Shown here: one piece after another, positions 40,070 through 51,801 of the stretch
How the letters are laid out: each line of letters starts with the position of its first letter
Position numbering within the stretch: the first letter of the stretch is position 1
NCBI GenBank assembly: GCA_964016885.1
Contig: OZ024763.1
Location: forward strand, 9,114,001 to 9,178,000
From: Eledone cirrhosa
Lineage: Eukaryota
Length of the DNA stretch: 64,000 bases
Direction of reading: 5' to 3'
The notes under the pieces: generated by a model
What the model was told of the DNA's origin: nothing
Databases searched by the model: none
Seen by the model: the letters and a program-made list of their open reading frames with translations, nothing else
Made by a program: the position numbers and the translations under genes

Positions 40070-40392
40070 ACGGAAAATACAGGATAAAGAGTAAAATGTA
40101 CAGATCGTTTCAATAACTATTTCATCTCCCAGACAGATTAGAGATTTAATCTGTTTCGCCCTGAGAATTGTGTTTGTAACAGATAATCCGTAGGCGTCAT
40201 CAGCGAGAGATAAGATAAAATGTGACAAACACCTAAAACTAAAAGCTACACGAATGAATATTTCACCTCGTGCGAGCAAACGGAAAATACAGGATAGAGT
40301 AAAATGTACACATCGTTTCAATAACTATTTCATCTCCCGGACAGATTAGAGATTTAATCTGTTTCGCCCTGAGAATTGTGTTTGTAACAGAT
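40070..40392 (-). repeat. ~1.5-mer tandem repeat (period ~208-210 bp) containing one full and one half hammerhead; retrozyme/pLTR-like
   Basis: 40070-40183 is repeated almost identically at 40280-40392. Confidence 0.88.
40124..40211 (-). ncRNA. Type I hammerhead ribozyme motif, complete core
   Basis: Minus strand reads ATCTCTCG-CTGATGA-cGCCT..(loop)..GGGC-GAAA-CAGATTA aatctc TAATCTG-TC-TGGGAGAT. Stem I is 8 bp (2 GU), stem III is a perfect 7 bp and the triplet is GUC. Predicted cut between 40132 and 40131. Confidence 0.88.
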
Positions 40393-40739
40393 CAGGAGAC
40401 TGACTATTGTGCGTATATAAATTAACGCACATGGCATAAATACATACATCTAATTATATGTCAGTTAAAACCTTGCCTTTCTTTTCACATTTTACAGACA
40501 GCCACAATGCTGAATTATATGATCTTATGTCAGTGTATGGGAGAGAGAGGGGGGGGGGGGTGAGCAAGCCAGGGTTTAGTCCCACATTTAAGATCATAGG
40601 TAACATTTATCATATAAGAAGCTTCAAGAAAGTCATTGAAATGCCAGTCTCTGAAAATGTGAATATTGTCCTGTGCTACTGTTTCCTTGTGGGAATGATG
40701 GGTTTCGGGTTGGTTTGAAAAGGATTGACAACAACCACA

Positions 40740-42710
40740 CACTCACACCCACTGGTTATCGGTTTCAGGTTAGGCAAGGTGACTAATGTTGTCGTGAAGA
40801 GCAGGTGGCTGATGCAGCAATATGCTGTAGATGCCCAGGGAAAAATACAATGTTGTCACCTCAAAATGGCCGTAACAATCGAACCGTGATGTGAGCTGAA
40901 AAGTATGAGGGTTTCTATGATGCTGAGGGAGATTCAGTAAATGAAGGCCGGAGAATTGTTCTTCCACCTTCAATCTATGGTTCCCAATCGCTTCTACACT
41001 GAGTGCTTTCAGAATTCGATGACTGTGGTTCGACATGGTAAAGTCGTCTTATTTCATCACGGTAACAACTAACTCTAACTGGGATGAAATAAAAAATAAT
41101 TTGCACCCTAGTCAAGAACCTAGAGACCGTCCTGATATTTGTGCAAGATTCTTCAACATCAAGTATGACAGCCTCATGGGTGACATACTGAAAAAGAAAA
41201 TGTCCTAGGAAAAGTTGTTGCTCGTTCTGCTACAATAGAGTGGCAGAAACGAGGCCCCACTCATGCTCATATTCTGCAGATAATGGCTGAAGATAGTAAG
41301 CACAAAACTGCTGATGACATTGATCAGGTAGTGTACTGTGAGATTCCAATTCTACAGAAGATCATCCCCATCTTGCAACATTCATGGCCCATGTGGACAA
41401 GTTAATATGATGTGCTCATGAAAGGAAGGGCTAGGACAACAATAACAATGCTCAAACAGTTATCCCAAGGCAAACCGCATTTGTTGCCAAAAGTTCCTTT
41501 TCAAAGTATAGAAGAAGGGGTAGATAGCATGGTCAATTGTGAGGTTGTCTACAGTGTCAAGGCTGTTAACTAATTAAAGTACATCACAAAAGGATCAGAC
41601 AAAATCACTTTCACTATTAACGATGATCGAGGAAATTGTGTCCATGCTCGAAATGAAATTGAGACCTATATCAATGCATGGTACATCTCAGCCAGTGAAG
41701 CATTCTGGAAAGTTGCCTTGCCATTTACTTGGGGAACAAATGGTCGTGTTTGAGCAAGGGCAGGAAGAAAGTTCTTTCTAGGGGACAGCCAATGACTAAG
41801 TTCACGGAATATTTTCAACTGAATATTAGAGACCCGCTGGAACAAGATATATTGTATATTGATATTCCTAAATATTTCACTTGGACAAACAAAAAATGGC
41901 AAAGAAAAAAAGGGGACATCTGGATGGTGATCAACAATTTATGAGTGAATCTCTTGGACGCATTCTCAGAAGACATCAATCTGAATTATATTACCTCAGA
42001 ATGATCATACATCACAAGGCTGGGTAAACTTCATATAAAGATTAACTTAGTCTGTTGGTCCTCAGCTGCCACAGATCTTCTGCACCATTTAATTGCACTG
42101 CATGCCAAATGACCCTCTGCAGTTCTGGGAGAAATAGAAGAATTGTCTTGCAGAGGATATCATGCATGAACATCATGAGCAATTCATGTCCATGCAAACA
42201 AATAAATCAACTTCTGCCAACATTGAATCCTCAGCAACTGGTTCTTTTTCACAAAGTAATTACCTCTGTAAATGAAAATGAGGGCAGAATTTTCTGCTTG
42301 AATGCAAGTGCAGGTACAGGTCATAAGCATTCTAATGGATTACCTCCAATGTAAAAAAATAATTGCACTTGCCACTGCCATATCTGGAATAGCAGCCACT
42401 TTGCTTCACAAACGAAGAACTCTTCATTCCAAGTGCACGATTCCTCTCAATATGACTGCTGAATCAACTTGCTTCTTCACAAAGAGGGATGACACAGGTA
42501 AACTTATGCAGCAAGCTGACCTGTTAATCATTGATGAGAGAGGTATGGGACATAAGAATATCTTTCAATGCCTGACAGGAGTTTCAAAGATGTTCGAGAT
42601 TGCAAAAAGCCATTTAGTGGTATCTGGTGACTAAAACCAAATTCTTCCAGTTCTACGTCATGGTGATAGACCACAAATAGTTGAAACAACCTTCAAGGGC
42701 AGACATTTAT
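40740..42710 (+). pseudogene. Decayed Helitron Rep-helicase (HUH endonuclease + PIF1 helicase N-terminal half)
   Basis: FITVTTNSNWDEI..RDRPDICARFF, IEWQKRGPTHAHIL (HUH motif), HGPCG, KYITKGSD, YISASEAFW, YIDIPKYFTW, FCLNASAGTG, ATAISGIAATLL..RTLHS, LLIIDE, QILPV. Many stops and frameshifts. Confidence 0.93.
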
Positions 42711-43088
42711 CTACAAACACAATTCTCACGTATGTTGCATTATCACAAAAAAGAAAATATTAAAATATTAAATGAAAGGTGTCTGTTTGCTGGCAACTGT
42801 GTCTACAAAGAAATTCTACAGTCATGTGAAACAGCTATCACTCTTTTAGTTGAAATGCATTTCAGTTTCTTTTTAAATGATAGAAAAGGGACACTACAAA
42901 AACTTATGTCTATATATACTAGCAGAAAAACGCCCAAAGGGCAGTTCTTCAGCTAGCATATATAAATATATGTCGTCTCTCTCGGTGTATGTGTGTGTAT
43001 GTGTGCATATATATATAATGATAAAATGCGAAATACTTTCAGATGTTAAAGTCCTTTATTGATAATGCTGCGATACATATTTGTATGA

Positions 43089-43125
<37 letters not shown>

Positions 43126-43199
43126 TAACAGGGGAGAGTCATATTGTTATAAATATTGCAAGAAATAATAACAGAACACACGGTTTGGTTTGGGTTGTT

Positions 43200-43475
43200 T
43201 TTCGGTGTAGGTGTTGATGAATGGCTTGTGAGGACATTGCAAGCTTTGTACAGAGGTGCTGTCAGTAAAGTGAGGGTAGGAATGGAGTTTAGTGACAAAT
43301 TCCAGATACAAGTAGGAATACATCCTGTTTACAGAAACTTATCTATGCTGATGATAAAATCAGTAGAAGAGCTTGAGAATAAATTCTGGCTATGAAAACA
43401 GAGTTGGAATTAAGAGGACTGAGAGTGAACATAGCTAAGACAAAATTGTTGATGAGTAGAAAAGAGGACAAAACT
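43200..43475 (+). pseudogene. RTE RT fragment
   Basis: GVDEWLVRTLQALYRGAVSKVRVG..FQIQVGIH, YADD remnant, GLRVNIAKTKLL. Confidence 0.85.
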
Positions 43476-43487
43476 CAGCGGAGAAGG

Positions 43488-44310
43488 AAACTATGAATAA
43501 AATGGCAAGCTGTGTGGTTGCATTTAAGTATAATGAAAAGAAAAGTTATGGGCAAAAGAGGGCAATATCCATCGTCAGTTGTCTGCTAGGAATCATAGGC
43601 ATTTCTTCGCGTTAGAGACAAGATGCCTCAACCTAGGGCGAACAATAACTAAAATAAGTTATTGGAATAAAAAAAGGGGGAGAGAGAAAAATGGATACAC
43701 ACATGAAGGGTGAAGAAACGAAAAGAGGAAAAATCAAGTCAACAACTCATTTTGAACATAAGTTCTGGTGGGTTTAACGAGAAAAAAAAATGCATGTCTT
43801 CACTGTAGCAGTGTGAGTGAGAGAAGAGACTGCTTTAGAAGTGGCAGGTTAGCCGAGAGAAGGTGACTAGCAGAAGAGGGAGAAGGGGGAGAGAGAGCAT
43901 AGCAACAAGGGGATAGAAGAGAGATGGGTCACAACTGAGAAGAAAACTATGTGAATAAAATGGCAAGCTGTGTGGTTGCATTGAAATATAATCAAAATAA
44001 AAGTTACGGGCAAAAGAGGGCAATATCCATCGTCAGTTGTCTGCTAGGAATCATAGGCATTTCTTCGCGTTAGAGACAAGATGCCTCAACCTAGGCCGAA
44101 CAATAACTAAAATAAGTTATTGGGATAAAAAAGAGGGGAGAGAGAGAGAAAAAAATAAACAGACAAAAAGGCTGAAGCAACAAAAAGAAAGGAAAAAAAA
44201 AAAAAAAAAAAACGAGTGAACAATTGATTTCGAACACAAGTTCTGGCGGGTTTGATAAGAAAAAAAGACACATTCACTGTAGAAGTGTGAGCAAGAGAAG
44301 AGACAGTTAC
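43488..44310. repeat. Direct duplication of a ~350 bp unknown segment (offset ~460 bp)
   Basis: aaatggcaagctgtgtggttgcatt..ctaggaatcataggcatttcttcgcgttagagacaagatgcctcaacctagg occurs at ~43500 and ~43958. Confidence 0.85.
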
Positions 44311-44367
44311 GGACGAGGAAGGAAGTGAGCTAGCGGAGGAGTGAGTGAAAATAAGAGAAAGCCAGAA

Positions 44368-44406
<39 letters not shown>

Positions 44407-44461
44407 CATACAAATATATGCATATATACATACATATAAATATATACATATATACATATAT

Positions 44462-45065
44462 ATGGTGGTTGCCAACTCTTTTTCGAGTACGGCCCCTACT
44501 TTATATCCATGTAGGAGAACCCCTACCGATGGGCTGAACGAGTGTGACGTTTTAGTCCAGCCAGTGACTTGAAAACTCTGGTACAAACACTACACTTGTG
44601 ACAATTATTGACAGTGCTGGGCCAATCGTACCATGTGACGACGAGTGCAGAGAGATCTCCAGATATAAAGCAATGCCTGTGCTGTGAAGCTTTTATAGTG
44701 AGCAAAGGCACTGCACAAAGCCAGTCCCACTCTCTTAACCAAGATGATATTTACCAAAAAGCAAAACAAGTCAACATCATTGGATACCATCAGGGTTGCA
44801 GGTGTTATATCAGAGTTTTCCTTCTAGAATTCTGCCTTGACACAGGCTAAGGGGTCATCTCTCCCGGTGATTTTGGATGGCCATTGACTCTTAAGAGCTC
44901 CTTTGCCCTTTGACAGGTTTTGTTTTTAGTCCTGCAGGATGTCCAAAGTCACCCTCCTCACCAAGAAACCTTAGTGGGGTTGCCAGTTTAGTCGCCAACG
45001 ACCCGACCAGGAGACAGGTTGTACTGGGATACATGTTACCAGTAGCACCAACTGGTGACCTGACA
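44462..45065 (-). mobile_element. Internally deleted LINE (RTE-like) retaining a C-terminal C2H2 zinc finger
   Basis: The minus-strand peptide HKCSVCTRVFKSLAGLKRHTRSAH has C2H2 spacing. It is bounded by TA/CA microsatellites. The family assignment is inferred. Confidence 0.5.
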
Positions 45066-45083
45066 TAATATATATGTATGTAC

Positions 45084-45114
<31 letters not shown>

Positions 45115-45619
45115 AGTGAGATGCGCGATGCTGCATGGTAGTGAGACATGGACAGCAACTGCAGAGGGTATGCGATGGCTGGAGAGAAATGAAGCAAGCA
45201 CGCTCCGTTGGATGTGCAATGTCAATGTGCGGGAACGACCAAGCATAAACGAGTTGAGAGAGAAACTGTGTTTAAGAGGGATAAGTTGTGGTGTGCAAGA
45301 GAGGACTGAGATGGTATGGACATGTGATGCGCATGGAGGTTGAGCGCTGGGTAAAGAAGGGAGACGCAGTAGAGGAAGACCACGAAAAACATGGGTGGAG
45401 GTGGTGAGAGCCGACTTCAGATCGCTGAAACTCACCAAGGAGATGACGAAGGACCGTGACAAGTGAAGAGATGCTTTGCTCAAGAGGACCTGTCCCACCC
45501 TTTCAAGCAGGGAAAAGCGGACGTAAAATGATGAACAGACGATGATAATGATGCTCTCTATATATCTATCTCTCTATCAATCTATCCAGATATCTGTGCA
45601 TCAGTCTATCTATTTACCT

Positions 45620-45902
45620 ATAAACACCCTCCTCACTCCGTCTCAGGATCACCGAGACATCACCAACAACCAACCCACGCTGTGGGAAACAGTCCTCCCC
45701 GGGGCACACCCTGGTACTTCACACCATCTGTCTGTCTCGCTGCCTAACTACCGAGAAATCCGGCTTCTGTGCTTGCCTAATTTGTAGGTTATTAGGCAGT
45801 TGGCAGGTTTGCGGAAGTTGGTTTTGCAAATGGTTAAAACACTTGCATCACAAAATTCAAATAGCATCACTCCTTGTTTTATCTTTCTCGTCTTTACCTA
45901 GG
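45620..45902 (-). pseudogene. Inverted, diverged RTE endonuclease fragment in each array unit
   Basis: The reverse complement aligns with 45985-46410 (ctaataacctacaaat.aggcaagcac, tagttaggcagcg.gacag.cagatggtgt, ccccgggga). Confidence 0.85.
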
Positions 45903-45912
45903 CCTGCATAAG

Positions 45913-45963
45913 TTAGTGTTACGGTTAGTGTTACTGTTAGCGTTACGACTAGTTTTAGGGTTA
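45913..45963 (+). repeat. Degenerate telomere-like hexamer tract in each array unit (also 49279, 52645, 56011, 59377, 62743)
   Basis: TTAGTG TTACGG TTAGTG TTACTG TTAGCG TTACGA CTAGTT TTAGGG TTA: strict 6-nt phase, consensus TTA(G/C)NG. Confidence 0.65.
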
Positions 45964-45984
45964 ATTGAGAGCAAGAAACTGCTG

Positions 45985-48388
45985 CTAGGTAAAGACAAGA
46001 AATTCTGCATTTACAAGCAATTTTTACAAACAGCCACAATGACAGGACGGAGACATCGTTATGCTAGCAGGGGATTTCAATGGTCATGTTGGACAGCTCT
46101 ACGATGGTTACACTGAGGTACATGTTGGGCACACTTACGGCTTAAGAAATGAAGCAGTGAAACTTCTTGAATTTTGCAATGCAATTGCACTAACCATCTA
46201 CAACACTAACTTACACAAATCTGCCAACCACCTAATAACCTACAAATCAGGCAAGCACATAAGCCAGATTGACTTCTTGCTAGTTAGGCAGCGGGACAGG
46301 CAGATGGTGTCAAATGCAAAGGCATACCCCGGGGAAGAATGTACCCCACAGCATAGGTTAGTCGTTAGTGATATCTCATTAAGCAAGAGACTGAATGAGA
46401 CATACAGGAAGGTGTGGAAAAAAGAAAGGTCTGGAAGCTAAAAGAGCTCTCACTAAAATACAAATTTAGGAAAGCCCTTCAATATGTGTATGATGAAAAA
46501 GAAGACGATTTAGAGTCGTACAACATAGATGATAACTGGAATTTCTTATGCGATACCTTACTGCAGGTTACTGATGAAACTTGTGGCTGGATCAGAGTTC
46601 CAACCAGACAGAGAGTGACATGGTGGTGGGACAGCACGGTAGATCGGGCCATTGGAGACTAAAGACTAGCATGGAATGCTTGCAAAATTAGTGCGAGTAG
46701 AGAAGAATATACAGCCGCTAAGAGAGAAGCTAGACGTCAGGTGTACTTAGCATGCAAGGAGGCTGCTCGACGACGTGCGCTGTTCCGTACTGCAAGGCAG
46801 TGTGTCAGTGCAAATCGGGATTAAGTCTGTCCGCAATGATGCCGCTGTACTTTGTGTCACGAATGAGTGTTGATGAGTAGAAAAGAGGACAAAACTCTAT
46901 TCCGTCAGGGAAATGGCCATGTTCGATATGCAGAAACGGAACTGGCATAAATTATATAAAACGTACACAAAAGATCGAGTGCGATAGCAGGCACGTAGTG
47001 GGATAGCAGGCAAACTAACAGCATATTTTGATTATAATAAAACAAATAATAATAGTAATAATAATAATAATAATCGTCATTGTTCTTTTCTTCTGTGCCT
47101 TTCTTTGCCTTCTCTGTCATCTGAATAACAAAAATAAAAGAAAAAAAGAATCTTAAACATATGTTGCCTTTACAAAGTGCTGTGATCAAAGTAGCTTTTA
47201 AGCAATTTCCTAACTAACAAACAACATCAACAAAATATATACAAATATCTTTGAATGTCAAGTCCACCAAGAGAAAATAGTCATAATGTACTTACAGATA
47301 CAATGCTAGGGACTCGCATCAATGAGTTTTAGTAGAAAATGACTGACTGACTGTTGAGGGGACAGAGGTGTGTTTTCAAATATTTATCAATTCACAACAA
47401 AGCCTCACAAAGCTACATCATAATGCAAACTCACAACACCCTTCTTATGCAACCTCACCAAGCAACCCCACAACACAACCTCACGTTCACAATTCACAAC
47501 ACTCAACAAGGCATTCGTTATCTAGGGTTTACAGTAAACATAGCGAGGTAAGACACACCCAGTACACTCTGTAAAGTGGTCATTAGGTTAAGATTAAACT
47601 GAAATCATACCTCCATTGTCGTTGGCGTATATTTTCTCTAAAACTTAATTTCATTGCTTTCATTTCTCTTCTTTTTCTTCTATTCCATCTAAATATGAAA
47701 AAAAAATTATACAGGTCATTTCGTCTTATCAAGAGGTCCATTTAAAATTGAGATTAACGAATATAGGGTCCAAGAGGCGATTAAGGAATTGAAAAATGGT
47801 GAGGCTGCTGGACCATCGGAGATAGTTGCTGAGATGCTGAAGGCCTCAGGGGACGTAGGCACTAAACTGGTTGCACACATCATCAATCAGGCTATATATG
47901 GCAGTGTCATACCCAAAGACTAGTGCAAAAGTAAAGGGGACGCTCTTGAGAGGAGAAATTATAGGGATATAAAACTGATGGATCAGGTTATGAAAGTGGC
48001 AGAAAGGATATTAGCACAACTAATTAGAGAAAGGGTCAAACTAGATGAGATGCAGTTTGGTTTTGTGCCTGGGAATAGTACAACAGATGCCCTCTTCTTG
48101 ATGAGACAATTACAAGAGAGGTTCTTAGAGAAAAATAAGCCACTATACTTAGCCTTTGTTGACCTAGAGAAGGCCTTTGATAGGGTACGCCGATCTGTCA
48201 TCTTATTATTTAACCTATAAATGGGGCCCCAACAGGTACTACTACACCAGGCCAGAGCAGACCTGGGAGTTATGACAACTAAGGGGGTAACTCCATGTTC
48301 CCCACAGTTCCTCCTGAACTTGAGCCTTGCCACTGGATGTAGTTTAATGTCATACCCAGGACAAATATATACATACATATATATACAT

Positions 48389-48435
<47 letters not shown>

Positions 48436-48920
48436 TACAAATATATATATGCGTACGAAAGTGTGGTTACATGATGCCTATGCGAGATGTGCGACCCTGC
48501 ATGGTAGTGAAACATGGACAGCAACTGCAGAGGGTATGCGATGGCTGGAGAGAAATGAAGCAAGCACGCTCCGTTGGATGTGCAATGTCAATGTGCGGGA
48601 ACGACCAAGCATAAACGAGTTGAGAGAGAAACTGTGTTTAAGAGGGATAAGTTGTGGTGTGCAAGAGAGGACTGAGATGGTATGGACATGTGATGCGCAT
48701 GGAGGTTGAGCGCTGGGTAAAGAAGGGAGACGCAGTAGAGGAAGACCACGAAAAACATGGGTGGAGGTGGTGAGAGCCGACTTCAGATCGCTGAAACTCA
48801 CCAAGGAGATGACGAAGGACCGTGACAAGTGAAGAGATGCTTTGCTCAAGAGGACCTGTCCCACCCTTTCAAGCAGGGAAAAGCGGACGTAAAATGATGA
48901 ACAGACGATGATAATGATGC
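45985..48920 (+). pseudogene. Decayed RTE LINE forming most of each array unit (EN, linker, RT, 3' TGA-repeat tail), interrupted by insertions
   Basis: MLAGDFNGHVG..ITYKSG..QIDFLLVR..PQHRLVV (APE), RVTWWWD, QFGFVPG.STTDA..LAFVDLEKAFDRV (RT), LHGSETW..LRWMC, then the tail atgatgaacagacgatgataatgatg. Confidence 0.92.
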
Positions 48921-51754
48921 TCTCTATATATCTATCTCTCTATCAATCTATCCAGATATCTGTGCATCAGTCTATCTATTTACCTATAAACACCCTCCTC
49001 ACTCCGTCTCAGGATCACCGAGACATCACCAACAACCAACCCACGCTGTGGGAAACAGTCCTCCCCGGGGCACACCCTGGTACTTCACACCATCTGTCTG
49101 TCTCGCTGCCTAACTACCGAGAAATCCGGCTTCTGTGCTTGCCTAATTTGTAGGTTATTAGGCAGTTGGCAGGTTTGCGGAAGTTGGTTTTGCAAATGGT
49201 TAAAACACTTGCATCACAAAATTCAAATAGCATCACTCCTTGTTTTATCTTTCTCGTCTTTACCTAGGCCTGCATAAGTTAGTGTTACGGTTAGTGTTAC
49301 TGTTAGCGTTACGACTAGTTTTAGGGTTAATTGAGAGCAAGAAACTGCTGCTAGGTAAAGACAAGAAATTCTGCATTTACAAGCAATTTTTACAAACAGC
49401 CACAATGACAGGACGGAGACATCGTTATGCTAGCAGGGGATTTCAATGGTCATGTTGGACAGCTCTACGATGGTTACACTGAGGTACATGTTGGGCACAC
49501 TTACGGCTTAAGAAATGAAGCAGTGAAACTTCTTGAATTTTGCAATGCAATTGCACTAACCATCTACAACACTAACTTACACAAATCTGCCAACCACCTA
49601 ATAACCTACAAATCAGGCAAGCACATAAGCCAGATTGACTTCTTGCTAGTTAGGCAGCGGGACAGGCAGATGGTGTCAAATGCAAAGGCATACCCCGGGG
49701 AAGAATGTACCCCACAGCATAGGTTAGTCGTTAGTGATATCTCATTAAGCAAGAGACTGAATGAGACATACAGGAAGGTGTGGAAAAAAGAAAGGTCTGG
49801 AAGCTAAAAGAGCTCTCACTAAAATACAAATTTAGGAAAGCCCTTCAATATGTGTATGATGAAAAAGAAGACGATTTAGAGTCGTACAACATAGATGATA
49901 ACTGGAATTTCTTATGCGATACCTTACTGCAGGTTACTGATGAAACTTGTGGCTGGATCAGAGTTCCAACCAGACAGAGAGTGACATGGTGGTGGGACAG
50001 CACGGTAGATCGGGCCATTGGAGACTAAAGACTAGCATGGAATGCTTGCAAAATTAGTGCGAGTAGAGAAGAATATACAGCCGCTAAGAGAGAAGCTAGA
50101 CGTCAGGTGTACTTAGCATGCAAGGAGGCTGCTCGACGACGTGCGCTGTTCCGTACTGCAAGGCAGTGTGTCAGTGCAAATCGGGATTAAGTCTGTCCGC
50201 AATGATGCCGCTGTACTTTGTGTCACGAATGAGTGTTGATGAGTAGAAAAGAGGACAAAACTCTATTCCGTCAGGGAAATGGCCATGTTCGATATGCAGA
50301 AACGGAACTGGCATAAATTATATAAAACGTACACAAAAGATCGAGTGCGATAGCAGGCACGTAGTGGGATAGCAGGCAAACTAACAGCATATTTTGATTA
50401 TAATAAAACAAATAATAATAGTAATAATAATAATAATAATCGTCATTGTTCTTTTCTTCTGTGCCTTTCTTTGCCTTCTCTGTCATCTGAATAACAAAAA
50501 TAAAAGAAAAAAAGAATCTTAAACATATGTTGCCTTTACAAAGTGCTGTGATCAAAGTAGCTTTTAAGCAATTTCCTAACTAACAAACAACATCAACAAA
50601 ATATATACAAATATCTTTGAATGTCAAGTCCACCAAGAGAAAATAGTCATAATGTACTTACAGATACAATGCTAGGGACTCGCATCAATGAGTTTTAGTA
50701 GAAAATGACTGACTGACTGTTGAGGGGACAGAGGTGTGTTTTCAAATATTTATCAATTCACAACAAAGCCTCACAAAGCTACATCATAATGCAAACTCAC
50801 AACACCCTTCTTATGCAACCTCACCAAGCAACCCCACAACACAACCTCACGTTCACAATTCACAACACTCAACAAGGCATTCGTTATCTAGGGTTTACAG
50901 TAAACATAGCGAGGTAAGACACACCCAGTACACTCTGTAAAGTGGTCATTAGGTTAAGATTAAACTGAAATCATACCTCCATTGTCGTTGGCGTATATTT
51001 TCTCTAAAACTTAATTTCATTGCTTTCATTTCTCTTCTTTTTCTTCTATTCCATCTAAATATGAAAAAAAAATTATACAGGTCATTTCGTCTTATCAAGA
51101 GGTCCATTTAAAATTGAGATTAACGAATATAGGGTCCAAGAGGCGATTAAGGAATTGAAAAATGGTGAGGCTGCTGGACCATCGGAGATAGTTGCTGAGA
51201 TGCTGAAGGCCTCAGGGGACGTAGGCACTAAACTGGTTGCACACATCATCAATCAGGCTATATATGGCAGTGTCATACCCAAAGACTAGTGCAAAAGTAA
51301 AGGGGACGCTCTTGAGAGGAGAAATTATAGGGATATAAAACTGATGGATCAGGTTATGAAAGTGGCAGAAAGGATATTAGCACAACTAATTAGAGAAAGG
51401 GTCAAACTAGATGAGATGCAGTTTGGTTTTGTGCCTGGGAATAGTACAACAGATGCCCTCTTCTTGATGAGACAATTACAAGAGAGGTTCTTAGAGAAAA
51501 ATAAGCCACTATACTTAGCCTTTGTTGACCTAGAGAAGGCCTTTGATAGGGTACGCCGATCTGTCATCTTATTATTTAACCTATAAATGGGGCCCCAACA
51601 GGTACTACTACACCAGGCCAGAGCAGACCTGGGAGTTATGACAACTAAGGGGGTAACTCCATGTTCCCCACAGTTCCTCCTGAACTTGAGCCTTGCCACT
51701 GGATGTAGTTTAATGTCATACCCAGGACAAATATATACATACATATATATACAT

Positions 51755-51801
<47 letters not shown>

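Noticed and set aside
41311-46580. Other CTGATGA words (41311, 43348, 46571 and array copies) as hammerhead cores
   Set aside because: They lie inside Helitron or RTE coding relics and have no matching stems with GAAA and UH.
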